From NCBI RefSeq assembly GCF_009914755.1, contig NC_060926.1: a DNA stretch of 64,000 nt. One strand, given 5' to 3'. Below are positions 39,990-54,729 of the stretch, in pieces (the first letter of the stretch is position 1; each line of letters starts with the position of its first letter). The translations under genes were made by a program, and so were the position numbers. The notes beneath the pieces were generated by a model, which saw nothing but the letters and a program-made list of their open reading frames with translations, searched no databases and was not told where the DNA came from. Origin of the DNA: the human T2T-CHM13v2.0 reference genome, Homo sapiens.

Positions 39990-40503
39990 CATTGGTTATT
40001 GAGCTATTGATTCTCATTTTGAATCCATACTTCTGTACCCTGTTCTGGTATGCTGACACAGGGATGCTGCAAATCTTCTTTTATCAGCTGGTTCTTTGGA
40101 TTATAAAGGGAAACTGGAAGAATGGAAGAAAGGAAAAAAGACTCCCTTTCTCCTGTTTGCTTTGTATTTTTGTCAACATCCTCTTACCATGGCACCAGAA
40201 CTTTTTTTGGCTTTCCCACAACTGGCCTCATCTGGCCCCCTCGGAGGTACTAGTAGCATGCAGGCAGTGCCCCTTCTTCCAAGTCTGAGCCCTGCTTCAT
40301 GGGGGTCTTTATTTTAATCTTCTACTTTCTGAAAACTTCAGCCTTCTGCCTCTGTTCCCTGCACTATATAGGTGGTAGAAGCTTCTACAGTGATTCCTTT
40401 TATTTTTTAAGTCCTCTAACAACTGATAATCAATACAGTATCAATTCTTTATATTGAAAAACTCAGTTTGGCTTCTGTTGCTCTGACTGGCCCCTGACTG
40501 ACA
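39990..40503 (+). mobile_element. ERVL solo LTR (LTR41/LTR33-like)
   Basis: cttctgtaccctgttctggtatgctg...ctgcaaa; ends ctctgactggcccctgactgaca. Confidence 0.55.
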
Positions 40504-40639
40504 TAACCTCTTTACTGTGGATTAGAAAATGGAATGGGAAGAACTAGAATTAGGAGACCAGTTAAAAAGCTGTTTCAATATTCTAGCCAAGAGATAAAGT
40601 AAGTCAGTGGCTATCCGAGTGAAGATTGATTAAATGATA

Positions 40640-40860
40640 AAAATAATAATATCTAATATTTCTGTAGCACTTAACATATACAGGTACTGTTCTAAGTTCC
40701 ATAATCCCCATGACAGAGGTACTATACTTATTTCCATTTTATAGACCAGAAATCTGAGACCCAGGAAGTTTTCAAGTAATGAGCCCCAGGTCACACAGAT
40801 AGTAGTGCTGGAGACAGAATTTAAACCTCAGTCTTTTGGTTCTAAAGAACTTCCTTTTAA
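40640..40860 (-). mobile_element. MIR
   Basis: caggtactgttctaag...ccattttatagaccagaaatctgagacccagg...aggtcacacag. Confidence 0.7.
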
Positions 40861-41585
40861 CAACAAAAAAGGGTTGAATTCTTGAGGTACTTCTGAGAAA
40901 GAAGCAACAATATTTGGATGCTAATTCAACAGAAAGGATCATGGAGAGGGAGAAGTCAGAAAATCTTACAGACTCTTAATTTTGGCTGAGTAGATGATGA
41001 AGCTTTTAACTGCAATGGAAAACAAAACAGAAAGATCAGTTTGGGGTTCCTGATAGGAATAACTAATTAATTCAGTTTTGAATATTTTGAATTAAAGATG
41101 CTTATAAGAGTGATGTCAGCTGAAAGTTAAATTTGAGTCAGGTCCTTTAAAAAAGTTGACACTGGAGATAAAGATTTCAGAGCCCTGAGAATAAAGAGGT
41201 TACATGAAGCCATGAAGGCAGATGGTAATGCCGCCCTGAAAGGGAAGCTAGGGAAAAAGAGTGAGCTGAGTTTTCAGGCCGTTAAATATAAATCCTCCTG
41301 GTCCTTTTTTCTACATAAAGAATAGCAAACAGTCTTCAGAAGAAATATATATTAAGCAACAAAATGAAGACATGAGGGATGAAACAAAATGTATGTGGCA
41401 TGACACACAAGAAAAGTATGAAACTATTCAACTGTTTCTTTTTTCTTCTTCTTTTTTGGAGGAAACAAAAAGAAGAGGAAAAAAGGAAATAAAGAGAGTT
41501 TAAAATGAAATGCTTTAGTTCCTAACTGAAATGCAGGATCCCCAAGATTGATTATGCTCCTTAGAACGCTTTGGCCGCAGAGACT

Positions 41586-41756
41586 GGAATGACATCAGCA
41601 AACCAACCCTAGCCGAGGAGAATGAGTCATATTTTCGTCTGTTTTCACTTGATTAAAATATTTTACATTTGTTGAGCTTGAAAAAAAAAAAAAAGGACAG
41701 AGGAAGCCATTGAAAGTGGAAAACTGAAAATCCAAATATGGTGAATTTCTGACTCA
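41586..41756. promoter_or_regulatory. Candidate distal enhancer (TEAD, CRE-like, 2x AP-1, CArG)
   Basis: GGAATG 41586, TGACATCA 41590, TGAGTCA 41623, CCAAATATGG 41732 and TGACTCA 41750, in apparently non-repeat DNA. Function is inferred from motifs only. Confidence 0.5.
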
Positions 41757-43603
41757 CCAGAATTGCAGCATCATAGGAACTAATAACTTTGATTTAAAGA
41801 GACATTCACAAAACAAAAACCAAAAACTTTTATTCAATAAATAATTCTCCAAATTCCATCAAAGTGCTTTAGGGTTTTCTTTAATGTTTAACTTAATACC
41901 AATGGAGAAAACACTAAAAGAAGGTCATCTATAACGTTTTTCAAAGTATGAAGTTAAAATCTTGTCAGCTATATTTAAGCATCATCTGGTCTTTATAACT
42001 CATTTTGTCCAGATTAGTATAAACTGCTGGTTTTGATGGTTCAAATGTGTCTAAATATTTGCTTCTCTGGAACAGAGGAGGCAGGAAAAGCAGAGTGAAG
42101 GGGTGGGACCGAAGGTTTGCTTCTTTATGGGGATCTATGCCAAGTAATCTGCAAACAATCCACTTCCTGGCCAATGACTGCTAACTGATTTCCCCAGGAT
42201 TTTTTTTTAACTGTAGCTGCTAATACTGCCCTTTATCGCCATTAGCAATTAGAGATTTATAACTAAGCAGACTTCACTTGGAAAAGAAATCTATTACTGC
42301 AGACTTCAGGCAGTTATTTTTCTAAGTATGTGAATTATTGTGAGGCTCAAATCATATAAGCGAAAGACGTGGGTAAATTGTGAAGCCCTATATAAACTTC
42401 AGTTATGATTTGTTTAACAGGCCAGAGCATATAGAGATCATCTAAAATGGGAGTAACACTGTTCGGTATCATTTCAAATTAAGAAATCCTGATGCTTTCC
42501 AAAATTTCATTGTTCTTTATCCTATAATGACGTTCACTAAATATTGTTCATCAGTAAAACTTACCAAACTCTCCAACAACCAGTAGGTGGGTCTCTCCAA
42601 ATATAATCAAAACACATATTTTAAAAACTTAAAAACTTTTCTCACCTTAAGTTTAAAACTATATTGTGCCAAAAAATTAGATGATAAGTACTGCACTGTT
42701 AAAAATCATTATCATTATTATAGAAAGTGTAGACCAAGAGTTAAAGTTTATATATTAAGAATAGTTCTTATATATCAATGAGAATAAGGCAGAGACTCCA
42801 GTAGAAAAATAGGCAAAACTACAGACAGTCCATATATTTAAAAAATATAAATGGCCACAAATAAATAGATAAGAAAATAATTACCAGCTTACTAAAAATC
42901 AAGTAACAAAAACTAAAAAACAATGAAGTAATATTTCTTACATTTCAAATTAACAAAGATTAAAAATGAAAATACTCAGGGGGGAGGGAGCCTGTGAAGA
43001 TGACAGATACAGTGACTGCATAGTTTTTGGCTCTAGCAGAAACCCTACATTAAAAGAGCAGCAAGAAAGTAAAACCAAAAACTCATGGACAACATTTTTA
43101 ACAAAACTTGATGGCAATATATAAATGTGTGGGTACAAACCACCAATAGCCTCGAGCCTCTGTGATTTGAGAAGCTGTGCAAAAGAAAGCAAGGAAAGTG
43201 CATTTGATGGACTTGAGAAATGACAGGACAACCCCAAAATAGCTGCCAGCAAGTATTCACTTAAAAATCCCATAGCCCACTTTGAGATCAAAGGCTTAGA
43301 GGAGGAGGTGGCACAGTGAGGGGATTATTTTATCACTTACGTTGTTTAGAATCACCACTGCAGGCTGATAATACAAAGCAGATCAACCTTCAGTAGTTCA
43401 TCTGTATTTTACCTCTACATAGACAACGTGGCCTCCTTCCTGCCTGTACCTAAGGCAAATTGCTTCCACTGCCACCTCTATACCTTGAGATGCTACCGAG
43501 CTTACTGGAACTAGGAGGCATTTTGTCAAATACAATAGCAAATGAATGAAAAAGGCCCATCAAATGGGCTGGGGCAATCTGTCTCCTGTGAATTCTTAAA
43601 ACT

Positions 43604-44054
<451 letters not shown>

Positions 44055-44112
44055 TCAGGAACTCTCAAAAAGTAAGCTGCTATAATTTTTAACACTATAA
44101 ATATAGTGTTAA

Positions 44113-44143
<31 letters not shown>

Positions 44144-44147
44144 TATA

Positions 44148-44438
<291 letters not shown>

Positions 44439-46434
44439 TAACACTATATTTTTAAAAATCTTAAAGGGGGGAGTTGTATAAAAAGTTAGAAAAATCATCT
44501 GAACCAAGCCTCTTTCTAAAATTTCAGAAAAAACAAATTAACTTTAAAAAATGACCAAGAGAAAAGTATCAAGATTAAATGCTATAAAAAGTTACTATAA
44601 CAAAAGGAGAATACAGAGAAGAATAATATTCCTACAAACACTGAAAGTGTGCCAAAACACGTCATAAAAACAGAGACAGCCAGACATTATGTGCTTCTTG
44701 AAGAAAGAACACATCAGCTGTGATCTTGCCATATGATTGAATTTAACTCTGATCAAGTCTCTAGATCCAGCTGTCAATATGCAGGAAATATAGAGGGAAG
44801 AGGAACTGCACCATCACTATGCAAGCAGCAAAATCCAGACTGTAGGAAACTACAGGCTATGGCCTGGGTTCCTCAAATTAACCGAAAGGGAGGAGGACTG
44901 GAGAGAGAATTTATAGATTAAAAGACTTAAGAGACATACCATCCTAAAATCATGAGCGAGAGTGAACCCCAATGCCTATAAATACATAGTTGGTGATGAA
45001 GCCACAGAGAAATGCAAGAAAGGGATTGATACAAAAGTAAGGAGAGTCCCTGGATATTTTCACAGTTCCTCTGCAGGAAAGTAGAGAGTAGTTGTGATCA
45101 GGATGGAACACACAGAAAGGCTTCTGGGTAGCTGGATGTGTACGTCTTGATCTGGGTATAGTGACAAGGCTATTTGCCTTATTATATTTCATATACACAT
45201 ATACATATATATGCATGTGTGTTTTTGTATCTGGATTATATTATACAATGAAAAATGTTTTTAATGGTAGTACCTAGTGTAAACTAAGATGTGGGGTAAA
45301 AGACACACCTACTTCTACACTTCTATAGTTATTTGTGTACATAGATTTTTAAAAATATGTAAAATGGCATATTAAACATATCAAAAAACCTTAAAAATAT
45401 AGATAAGCTTATATTCATCTATTCAGCAATTCCATTTCTAAGAATTTATGCCTAAAAATATGAAGCCTGAACAAAGACATATTATTCACAGCCTTATTCT
45501 TTATGTCCAGGAAAGTAGAAATACCTTAATGTTCAACAATAGCAGCTTGATTAAATAAATTATAAATCCTATATAGATAATAAATTAATATAATGAAACT
45601 AATAGAGATGCCTAATTAATGACATGGAAAGCATTCATGTCATGTTAGACACAACAATACTATATAAAAACAATACACATATCCTTATATTTGTGTGCAT
45701 AATTTTCCCTTTATACATACATACATATAGGGAAAATTCCAAGAAGAAATGACGAAAAATCCTCATAGAGTTTGTTTCTGGGAAGTGAAATTACAGAGTA
45801 ATTTATTAAAATTTCTCTATCTTCATTTTTTAATATTTATTTTAAAAAGTGTGGATTACCTGTGTAATTTGCGAAAGGCAGTTAAAAGTGATTTCTTCCT
45901 TTCTGATGAAAAAGGGAGAGCAGTAGGAGGCCAGGTAAGGCAGGGCAGGCAAGACAAAAGAGTTCATGGCAACCTTGTAGCTTGACTAACCAACCAATGT
46001 GACTAATTCTCAGTAGTAAATGGGTAGTTTCTTGTGGTAATTTGAAATTCTGCAAAAGGTACTTGTTTTCTTCCATATGGATAATATAAAGAATTCCTTT
46101 AGATAAATTTTGTACTTGAAATCTGTATCCAACTGCACCTATTATTATCAGCTTTTGCCAGGACCTGATCTAGATATATTTTCCTATGTAATTTTATTAT
46201 AATCCTCAGGAACTTCCTGTGAGTTAAGTGGTACTATCTTCAGTTTAAAATTGTGATAACTCAGCCTCAGAAAAATTAATGGAATTTCTTATTGACACGC
46301 AGGTCAATAGTAATAAATAGCAGATCTAGCATCTGAACCTAGGTCTTCTGATTCATTCTCTGTTGAGTACTTCAAGCTACAGTGGAAACAAATCTATACA
46401 TAGTTACACATAATAAAAGAAGAGCTAGACCTCG

Positions 46435-46548
46435 TAGGGTGATCTAATCATCCCTGTTTACCTGTGACTGTCCCAGTTTAAAAACTGACAATCCCATATA
46501 CTAGGTACACCCTCAGTCCCAAGGAAACTGGGATGGTTGGTCACTCTA
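46435..46548. mobile_element. MER81-like hAT MITE (114 bp)
   Basis: Terminal inverted repeats tagggtga.ctaa.catccc / gggatggttggtcactcta. Confidence 0.75.
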
Positions 46549-46554
46549 AGAACA

Positions 46555-46888
46555 TGGCTGTCTGAAACAGTAGCCACTAAGCAGAAGTGTCTATTAAGCA
46601 CTTGAAAAGTGGCTAGTCTGATTGTATTCTGCATGCTGTAAGAGTAATATATGCATCAGATTTCTCCAAAATGTAGCATAAAAAATAAAATATAAAATAA
46701 CTCATTAATAATTTTTATGTTGATTACATGTTGAAATAAGAATACTTTGATATATTGGATTAAATAAAACATTAAAATTATTTACACCTGTTTCTTTTTA
46801 CTTTTTTTAATGTGGCCACCAGAAAACTTTAAATTATATGTGTGGCTTGCATTTGATATCTCACATTACATATCTTTTGGGCAGTGCT
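46555..46888. mobile_element. MER33-like hAT-Charlie
   Basis: gtagccacta...gcacttgaaaagtggctagt...ttgattacatgttgaaataa...tgtggcttgcatt. Confidence 0.75.
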
Positions 46889-47869
46889 ATTCTGAAAAAA
46901 CAAAATATATATATAGACATATACAGTGTTAAATTCATATCTATTTAAAACATTTTTGAAAGACTCTTAAGATTCAGTTTTCAAACTTTTAGTCTTCTAA
47001 AAGTAGTTTCCCTGTCCAGAATTCATCAAAATTCAATTCTACCTCTTTCGCCTATTCTAAATTAAAAAACTAGCTAAAGTAATAGCTAATGACATAGAAC
47101 TGTAAGGGAATTCCCACCTCTTCCAAAGTAGGAAAGCTCCCAAAATTCAAATGCTTCTTCCCTGTAACTAGCACAGCAAAAATGGTTACAGGTGCAGATT
47201 TTTCTTCTTTTCACCTCTCCTCACTTACCTTGTGTGGCTCAATTACTAAGCTAGTCACCTCAGTATCAATAAACTAAACATGCTATTGGGCTTTGAGAAG
47301 AACTCATTCCTCCTATAAAATATAAAATAGTGGTTTCAATTATGTGTGAGCCCTGTAACAAACACTTCTTTGGTCACATTTTTAGCAAGTTAAGAAAGCA
47401 AGTCAAAGTAATTGTAATAATATCAATATAATTTGCAAAATGAAAATAATATTTTTCTTCTCATGATTGGTACTATGCAATGACAGCTATGTGGAATGAT
47501 TTGAGGGATAACAGTAATGTCCCAAAGGTTCTATTGCCTCCAAATACCTCCCACTTTAGCCTGGGAATTCCATATTAAGATTCATCCCTTTGAGTCAAGC
47601 CACTAATCTCTACTGGCTGCTGTTAGATTTATTCAACAACTCACTAACTCATTCATTCAATATTCTTTTCTCTAAGAGCTAGGTGATGCGAATTCAAAGC
47701 ATGAAAAATCGAGATGCCTGCTGCCTTGGGATTTCAAAATCTAGTATGTAAATTAAAAATATTATAATTTAATTGATATTACAATCAAGGTTATATCTGT
47801 CACTAGGGTGAATTAACCAAATTAAATAGCAGTCACATTGGAGGGCAGATAGTAGGATTCAAAAAAAGT

Positions 47870-48085
47870 AATACAGTCTTAAGGTTAGGATCACAAGTTC
47901 AGGAGTCAAGCAAATCACAATTCTAATTCTGGACATTGCTACTTATGAGATGTGTGAACTTGGGTAAATTATCTAGGCTTTCTCAGTCTCCATTTCTTCA
48001 AAAAGGAAAAGTAGTAACTAAATAAGTTTAATAACACCCTGAGCCCTCAACATTGTCTTTGGACACATTGTGTATACTCAATAAT
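47870..48085 (+). mobile_element. MIR
   Basis: tgtgtgaacttgggtaaattatcta...tcagtctccatttc. Confidence 0.6.
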
Positions 48086-49429
48086 GTATGATTTTTATTA
48101 TTAATGGGTCTAATGAAACCTAAATTTGCTGGAGGGGAAAGGCATGGGCAGATCCATGGATACTTCACTGAGCAGTGAGGGACAACATGAAGAAATTGCA
48201 AAATTAGGTGAAGGTAACTCTCAAAAGAGGATAAAAAAGAGAGAGAGGGGGAAAGTGACAACAAGCATCGATATGACCATGTTGCATTCTGTCTGCCTGA
48301 TTTGATAAAATAATTCTCAAAAAAAAAATTAACACTCTGTTTCATTATTTAAGAATGAAGATTCATTAGTTACAGATAATGAAACAGTTCCGTACAGTTT
48401 TTGCATTTATTCACTTTCTGAAGTAAGAAAGGCATCAGCATCTTGTTATCATAGAAAGATGCCAGGACTAGAGGTCATAAATTCCTTTAAAAGGACCGTA
48501 ATCAGTGTAAAAGCAGAGTGGATTTGCCCTTCTGAGCTCTGGGATATGCCGCAGCAATGTGTGCACATAATCATATTTATAATACAAGTATAAAAAAAGA
48601 TATTTTAACTGTAATAAATTAAGGCCACTCTGGCTTCCTTTTTGTCATTCTTTCCTTTGTGGTCCAGTGCTGTTGGAGTAGCCACAAGCATTTTGGGGAT
48701 CCAACTAAGAAGCTGAATTGGGGAAACACTTACTTTTGATTTAGTGAGATTTGTGCGTGTGTGTGTGTGGTTCACAGTCCATTACACACATACGTTATGG
48801 CTAACAATCCTAGTGTGGGAATGGCTTCCAGAAATGCTCCTACCCATTTTACTGACCGAAGCAGCATTGCAACATAAAAACTCAGGGCTAAGCTTGATAA
48901 GAAAGTCTAGCAGAGGCGCAGCTTCCAAAAGGGAATTGCAATGTCATTAGTGTAGCTGGGGCATCTCTACGGGTGGTCCAGACAGGCCTGGTATGTTTAG
49001 AAGCTTGCATATCCTGTTCTCTCCCTAGCCTTTTCCTGAGTAGCTTGTCACACACCCAGTGAGGAAGGGACTGTGATGATGACGCTCAGAGCACATTCGA
49101 GGTGTCCCGCAGAGTTCATGGAATCACATTCAGCATTAGTATTTCACAGGCAGATTTTCTGGCAGATTTCCTTCAACAAAGAGCTGTTATTCTCAGGAAT
49201 TTGGAATCATGGTCTTTTCATCCACGAAACAGCATCCATGTGGTCATGTGCAGAAGTGGTTTTCCTTGTGCTCACTCCACCTTTGCTGTGACCACTTCTG
49301 AGGTTTGCTCAGTGGTTCCTTTCTGTGATAGTCATGGATTCTAAGAACGTTATGCTAACAGATACACTGAGGTGTTTGATGAGACTTTCTAACTAATAAT
49401 AACAGATATAAGTTGCTGTTATAGGTTTT

Positions 49430-49816
49430 CATAATGGGTTGAATACTTTCTCCCTCAAATTCCCATTCCCTGGAAACCTCAGAATGTGACCTTATTTAGA
49501 AATAAGGCCTTTGCAAATGTAGCTAGTTAAGGCCATACTGGACTAAAGTAGACACTAAATCCAATGACTGGTTCCTTTATAGGAAGAGAAGTGAACACAG
49601 AGAGGAGAAGACCATATGACAACACAGCACAGATTAGAGGGATTGTGTACAAACTGGGAAACTCAAACGGTTACTAGGAGCCAACAGGAGCTGGGAAGAG
49701 GCAAAGAACGATTTTCCCCCAGAGCCTGCAGATGGAGCATGGCCCTGCCAACACCTTGATATCAAATTTCTACAATCCAGAACTGTGAGGGAATAAATTT
49801 CTGTTGTTTTAAGCCA
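49430..49816 (+). mobile_element. MLT1B/C-like MaLR LTR (3' tip missing)
   Basis: cctcagaatgtgaccttattt.gaaata...gagcatggccctgccaacaccttgat...gaataaatttctgttgttttaagcca. Confidence 0.8.
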
Positions 49817-51079
49817 TAAAAAAGGAAGAAACACCCAGCACCCAGGGCTGGAATTTATATATTAATATGAACATGTCTTATGGTATCTTGCAATGAAAAT
49901 ATGTGGGTAGTAGGGGAAAGATAAGGTTTAAAATGTATAAAACCAGCAACGAGTGTGTGGAAAATTCTTCCAGTCATCAGCTGTGTACAATTGAATTGGA
50001 ACATTAGGTTCTCATTGACGCCTAGTCAAAATGGAAGTTCTCTACAGTCAACAGTATGCTTGATATTTCAGTGCACACAATGATAAATGCACGAGATATT
50101 CTTTTTGCTCTTTTTGTGGAAAGCAGAAAAAAAAAATGAACTTCTCAGACACCTCTATTTGAAGGATGAAAACAGTAGTAAAAACCGGAAGTTACTTCAG
50201 TGCGCAGAAATGCTTGTTTTATGCATTTTGATATATTAGTTCATATTTTACTGTATCTGATTTACCTTACCCTGGCATAGTCTGGTACTTTCAGAGCAAA
50301 CAATCCACAAAATTGCCACTGATGCAGCAAAAAAATTGCTTGAAAAAGCTAGTGTTCCAATAACAAAGCTAGTGCACACACATGTATCAGTCAACATACA
50401 ATACAAAATAGCAGCCATTTAAAAATGCATTTAAATTGCTCTTGGTTATGCCTTACTTTAAGGTTAATCTTTTGTATTTCTTACAATTATTGATTATACC
50501 AAAATCCATATGTAACAGGAAGTGTTCTAGTAGGAGCCAAAAACATTAACATAAAAAAGACTGGTTAACACTCCAGTCAAAAAACTCTTCTATATTTGTA
50601 TTTGTCAGGTTTTTACGTTCAAACTTATTATTTATTTTTTCATTCTAAATAAATATTCACTCTCATACCAAATTTATATTTGTAATTTTGTAGTTCTTTC
50701 CTTATAGAGAGTCTCTCAAATTGAATACATTTCAGGCCTCACAAAAATCTGGAACTACCTTTATGTAAGGGTGGAAACTGAATGGATTAAAATCATCACA
50801 TTCATGATGACTTAGGCAAGAAAGTGTAGATTACACTATAAAACACTTGGAAATAACTTAGGTAAGATAGAATTATAGATCCCACAGTTTCTCCTATCAT
50901 GGTATTTAGAACTCTGAATGAATGGGAAAAGCATATAGTTTAAACTTTTTATTATAAAGTCTTTGAGATTTAGAAAAGTAAGCAACTTGCTTGAGTTAGT
51001 GAAATAAGCTGTGTACTAGGTTTGAACTACCGTGTAAGCCTGACATAACCCCTGGCCTAGCATCTGGGAGCTATGGAAC

Positions 51080-51255
51080 CAGGGACAGCTTCACGGATAC
51101 ATGACCTGTGCAGATAGAGTGCCCCCCCCCACTCTTAGAAGTGTTCTTCGCTGAGTTTAATACCATACTGTCATCGTGAAATTCTTAATAATTTTTGAAC
51201 AAAGGGGTCCACATTTTCATTGTGCACTAAGCCATAAAATTATGTAGCAGTTCTG
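51080..51255. mobile_element. MER53-like hAT element
   Basis: caggg.cagcttca...tgacctgtgcag...gaaattcttaataatttttgaacaa.gggg...attatgtagc.g.tctg. Confidence 0.75.
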
Positions 51256-51257
51256 TG

Positions 51258-51474
51258 TAGAGCACAAATGGCCTATTATAATGTCTCATGATGGGTCGAA
51301 ATGCAGGCCTTAATGCCCACCTGGCTGTCACTAGCTGCAGCTGCCACAAGAAGGACATGACCTCAGGTGAAGAGACACTCTGCAGCTGAGGCCCACCCTG
51401 AAGGGGCTGACACCTGGACAACAAGACTTTTCTTAAAGGGAGATCCAGGTAGTATATTGCTGTGTCCAACACAG
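51258..51474 (-). mobile_element. LTR16-like ERVL fragment
   Basis: ctctgcagctgagg...ctgaaggggctgaca...aagggagatcc. Confidence 0.5.
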
Positions 51475-52089
51475 TCATAACACCCATTTTCTCTATGTGT
51501 GTTAACATCTTATCAGAAAACTAAAAATAATTTTCATTGCCCAATTTTCCCCTTCTTCATTATGTGTGTAAAGTTTACCAGAAAGTCTGTCATTTTCCAA
51601 AGTCAATGTCTTAGTGAGAAAATTCTTTAGAGAATTCAAATTAGTAGAAAACTGTTTCTTCAGAATTATTTTAATTGTATTTTACAGTTACAGCTCTAAT
51701 AAGCTCGGTGTATTAACAAAAAAAAAAAGGATAAGTGCAAATGTTCTTCCATGGTTTGAACATGCCAATCACTTCCACATTAGCCAATATAAAAAGAAAA
51801 TTTTTAGTCTCTGATTTTTTTAAATCAAATATCACTTAGATATACATTCCAAATAAACTATTTCAGGTAAATATGTATTTTAGAAAGATCTTGAATTTAG
51901 AGGAATCTGGAAAAAATCAACATCTGTCATCTTGGTTATAAATGAGAAAATAAATCACCAGCAGTTACAATACTTAAAATTAAAAGCCCAAAACAATATT
52001 TTAGCATCTCAGTATCATTTCTGATGTACTGTGGTCTGTGGCAAGATCATGAGCATGAGGCCCATCACCCAGGCCTCCCCATCACTCGT

Positions 52090-52290
52090 ACCCTGATCAT
52101 TTTTTATAGCACTAATTACCTTCTAACTTATTCTCATTTTTTAGTTTCAGTGCTTATCTCTTCCCTCTAAAATATAAGCTCTCTGAGCTCAGGGTTTTTT
52201 ATCAGTTTTGTTCACTGTCATATCTCCAGGGCAAAAAGGAGTGGCTGGCCCATAATAGGTGTTCAAATATCAGTTAATGAATGAATGAAT
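52090..52290 (+). mobile_element. L2 3' end
   Basis: ataagctc...ttttgttcactg...cataataggtgttcaaatat...tgaatgaatgaat. Confidence 0.75.
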
Positions 52291-53444
52291 AAGTAAATCC
52301 ATAGAAGGCTATTAAAAATCTTTCTAGAATTGCAACTAAAAATACTATCTGTAAATTCACATTTTCACGATTCACAGAGGTGGAGAGCTGTTATACTGGA
52401 TCTCAACAGAAATCGAAATCAAAATGATAAGGCAATATTCATACTCTTAAACACTCTGAGTTAGAAAAAATAATTACGGCATAAACCAGTTTGAAGTTCA
52501 GCTTTTGTTCATGGATGATTACATCTACTCAGAATCATGCTTTTGTTGCAGTCTAATGGTTATCTTAAATAGCTGAGGAAGGTATAGGAAAGTTATTCTA
52601 ATTCTTTTTGGAAATGGATAAAGACCTAGATAATTGTATCCTGTGCTGGTAATAAAGCTTGGTTTCTACCTTGCTGCTCAGGATATGATTAAGGTCTTAT
52701 CATTCACTGATACATAGGAACATAAATCCTTGGGGAAGAGGGGTGGGATGTTAGAATGAAAGGCTAAAATAATAATAATAATAATAACCATGATGTTAAC
52801 ATTAACACTGAAAGCACATATTTGATGTGAAGTCTATATTCAGACATTACAACCTCTTTATTATAAGATAAGAAATGTGACTGAGGTAAGCTTACATTTA
52901 GATAAAGGATTGAAGAAGGCACATGGAACTTAGACAGGAGTAGTTCTTGACCCTTGCAAAGAAAGATTTCTTATTCTAATAGATCATGTCCCTAAGAAAA
53001 ATTCATTCATATTTTTCATATACTTCTGTTATCTACCCCTCACAGGCAGCAAGGGTAGTCAATGGCAATGTTATAAAAGTTAGACTAAAATTTGACAAAC
53101 TAATAATGCTGGAACCCCACTATAACTGCATTTCTACAGAATGGAGTTTTCTATAATGTGGATCTATTCAAGATTTAAATCTAAGGATATTTGTCTTCTG
53201 AAATATGAATGTGTACATAAGACAGTTGTACCACACCCTGAGTCCATTCTGAGTCACAGGCCTGAGGCCTCAAAAAAAAAAATTATAGGGCATTACTAGA
53301 ATTAAGCACTTAAAAATGCATAACATTATTTTAGTTGATTCAGATAAGTCACTATCATTTTGTTGCTGTTTAACTTTTCTCTTATTCTCAAACAGATGCT
53401 AATTAGTAGGGTAAATTAGTCTAAATGTGCTTTTGAGTTTAAGC

Positions 53445-53560
53445 CAGATGTCCACAAATGTTAGTGTACATCAGAATTATCTGAGATGACTGATAAAAGT
53501 GGAAATTCTTAGGCCCCTTCCTTAGAGATTCAGATTCAGTAGGATTGAGGGTGTGGTCCA
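53445..53560. mobile_element. MER5-like hAT fragment
   Basis: gtgtacatcagaattatctg...agagattcagattcagtagg. Confidence 0.6.
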
Positions 53561-54729
53561 CATATTAAGAAGTATTAGAGCACATATATATGTATTTCAA
53601 GCTCTTGTTGGTGTTAGAAATCATTTTAGAAACAATACTATGTAGCAAAGATAAGAAATATTTAATGAATAAATATGTTATCAAGTATGATTTTCATAAT
53701 ATATTCTCCAACCCTTGTACGTCAATGAAAAGTATTTTCTATCTCCTGCCAGTGATATCCTCCTATCCAGGAAAGGTGCCAGTTCAGGTTTGTTCTACAG
53801 AATTGAAAGAAACAGCTGTGTACTAGCAAATGCCAGAACAGAAATGACCGGGTAATTTCCTTCTTAGGCTACCAAGCAGACTGATCTTCAGAGAAACTAG
53901 GCTGGGCACTTGAGAAAGCACTTAAGGGCTTGACTCCCGGCCATTGGACTTTGGCCAAGGCAAACCTGCCTGCTTTCCTCCTCAGAAGGGGCAGTTGTGT
54001 TTGTAGTTTAGGAAAGGAAATCACTAATGCCCAGTAGAAAGCCTCCCAGAATCCCAACAGTATAACTCTGTTACAGGCTGAATACAGTATATCACCAAGC
54101 AATGAAAAATAGATCTCAAGACTAGAGTAAGCCAGCATTGGTCCTGAAAGCTACTTCATATGAGGCTAATCTAGTCTCTTACGGTGAGAAATTCTCATTC
54201 ACCCAGTGTGAGTGTTCCCAGGAGTATATTAGAATAATTCATGGATAACATTCAAGGCTATAAATAAATAAATACTAAATTTCAATTAAAAAGGTTAAAT
54301 ATCTGGGTTTTGTCTAAGTCAGTCCAGCTAAAAATGTGCTCCCATATAAATTAGTTTTATAACAAAATATCTTATCTTATGTTCATTAGGCAATAAATTT
54401 CTTCAAATGACTTACACAAAAAATCTCCACCAAAATAATTACTGAATGAAGCCATTATGGAAAAGCCAGCTTTTCATCCAAATTTAACATTTTTTTCCTC
54501 CTCCAGACTATCTCACTTATAAGAGTTAATGCAACAAAGCCATACACTGAACAGAATTCTATGCAAATAGCTAGCCTGGCCTACACCTGCCTAATCCATA
54601 TCCACTTCCTTTTTTTCCAAATTCAAATCATTCTCCTCATTCACTGAGTCTCTGTGAACACTAGACCAAGCTAGGCAGTTGGAAGCTCAGAAATAAACCA
54701 AGAAGTCTAGAAAAAGCCAATGAACTTGT

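Noticed and set aside
45701-45738. 10-bp inverted arms aattttccct/agggaaaatt with an 18-nt loop
   Set aside because: Short arms and a long loop; expected by chance and not miRNA-like.
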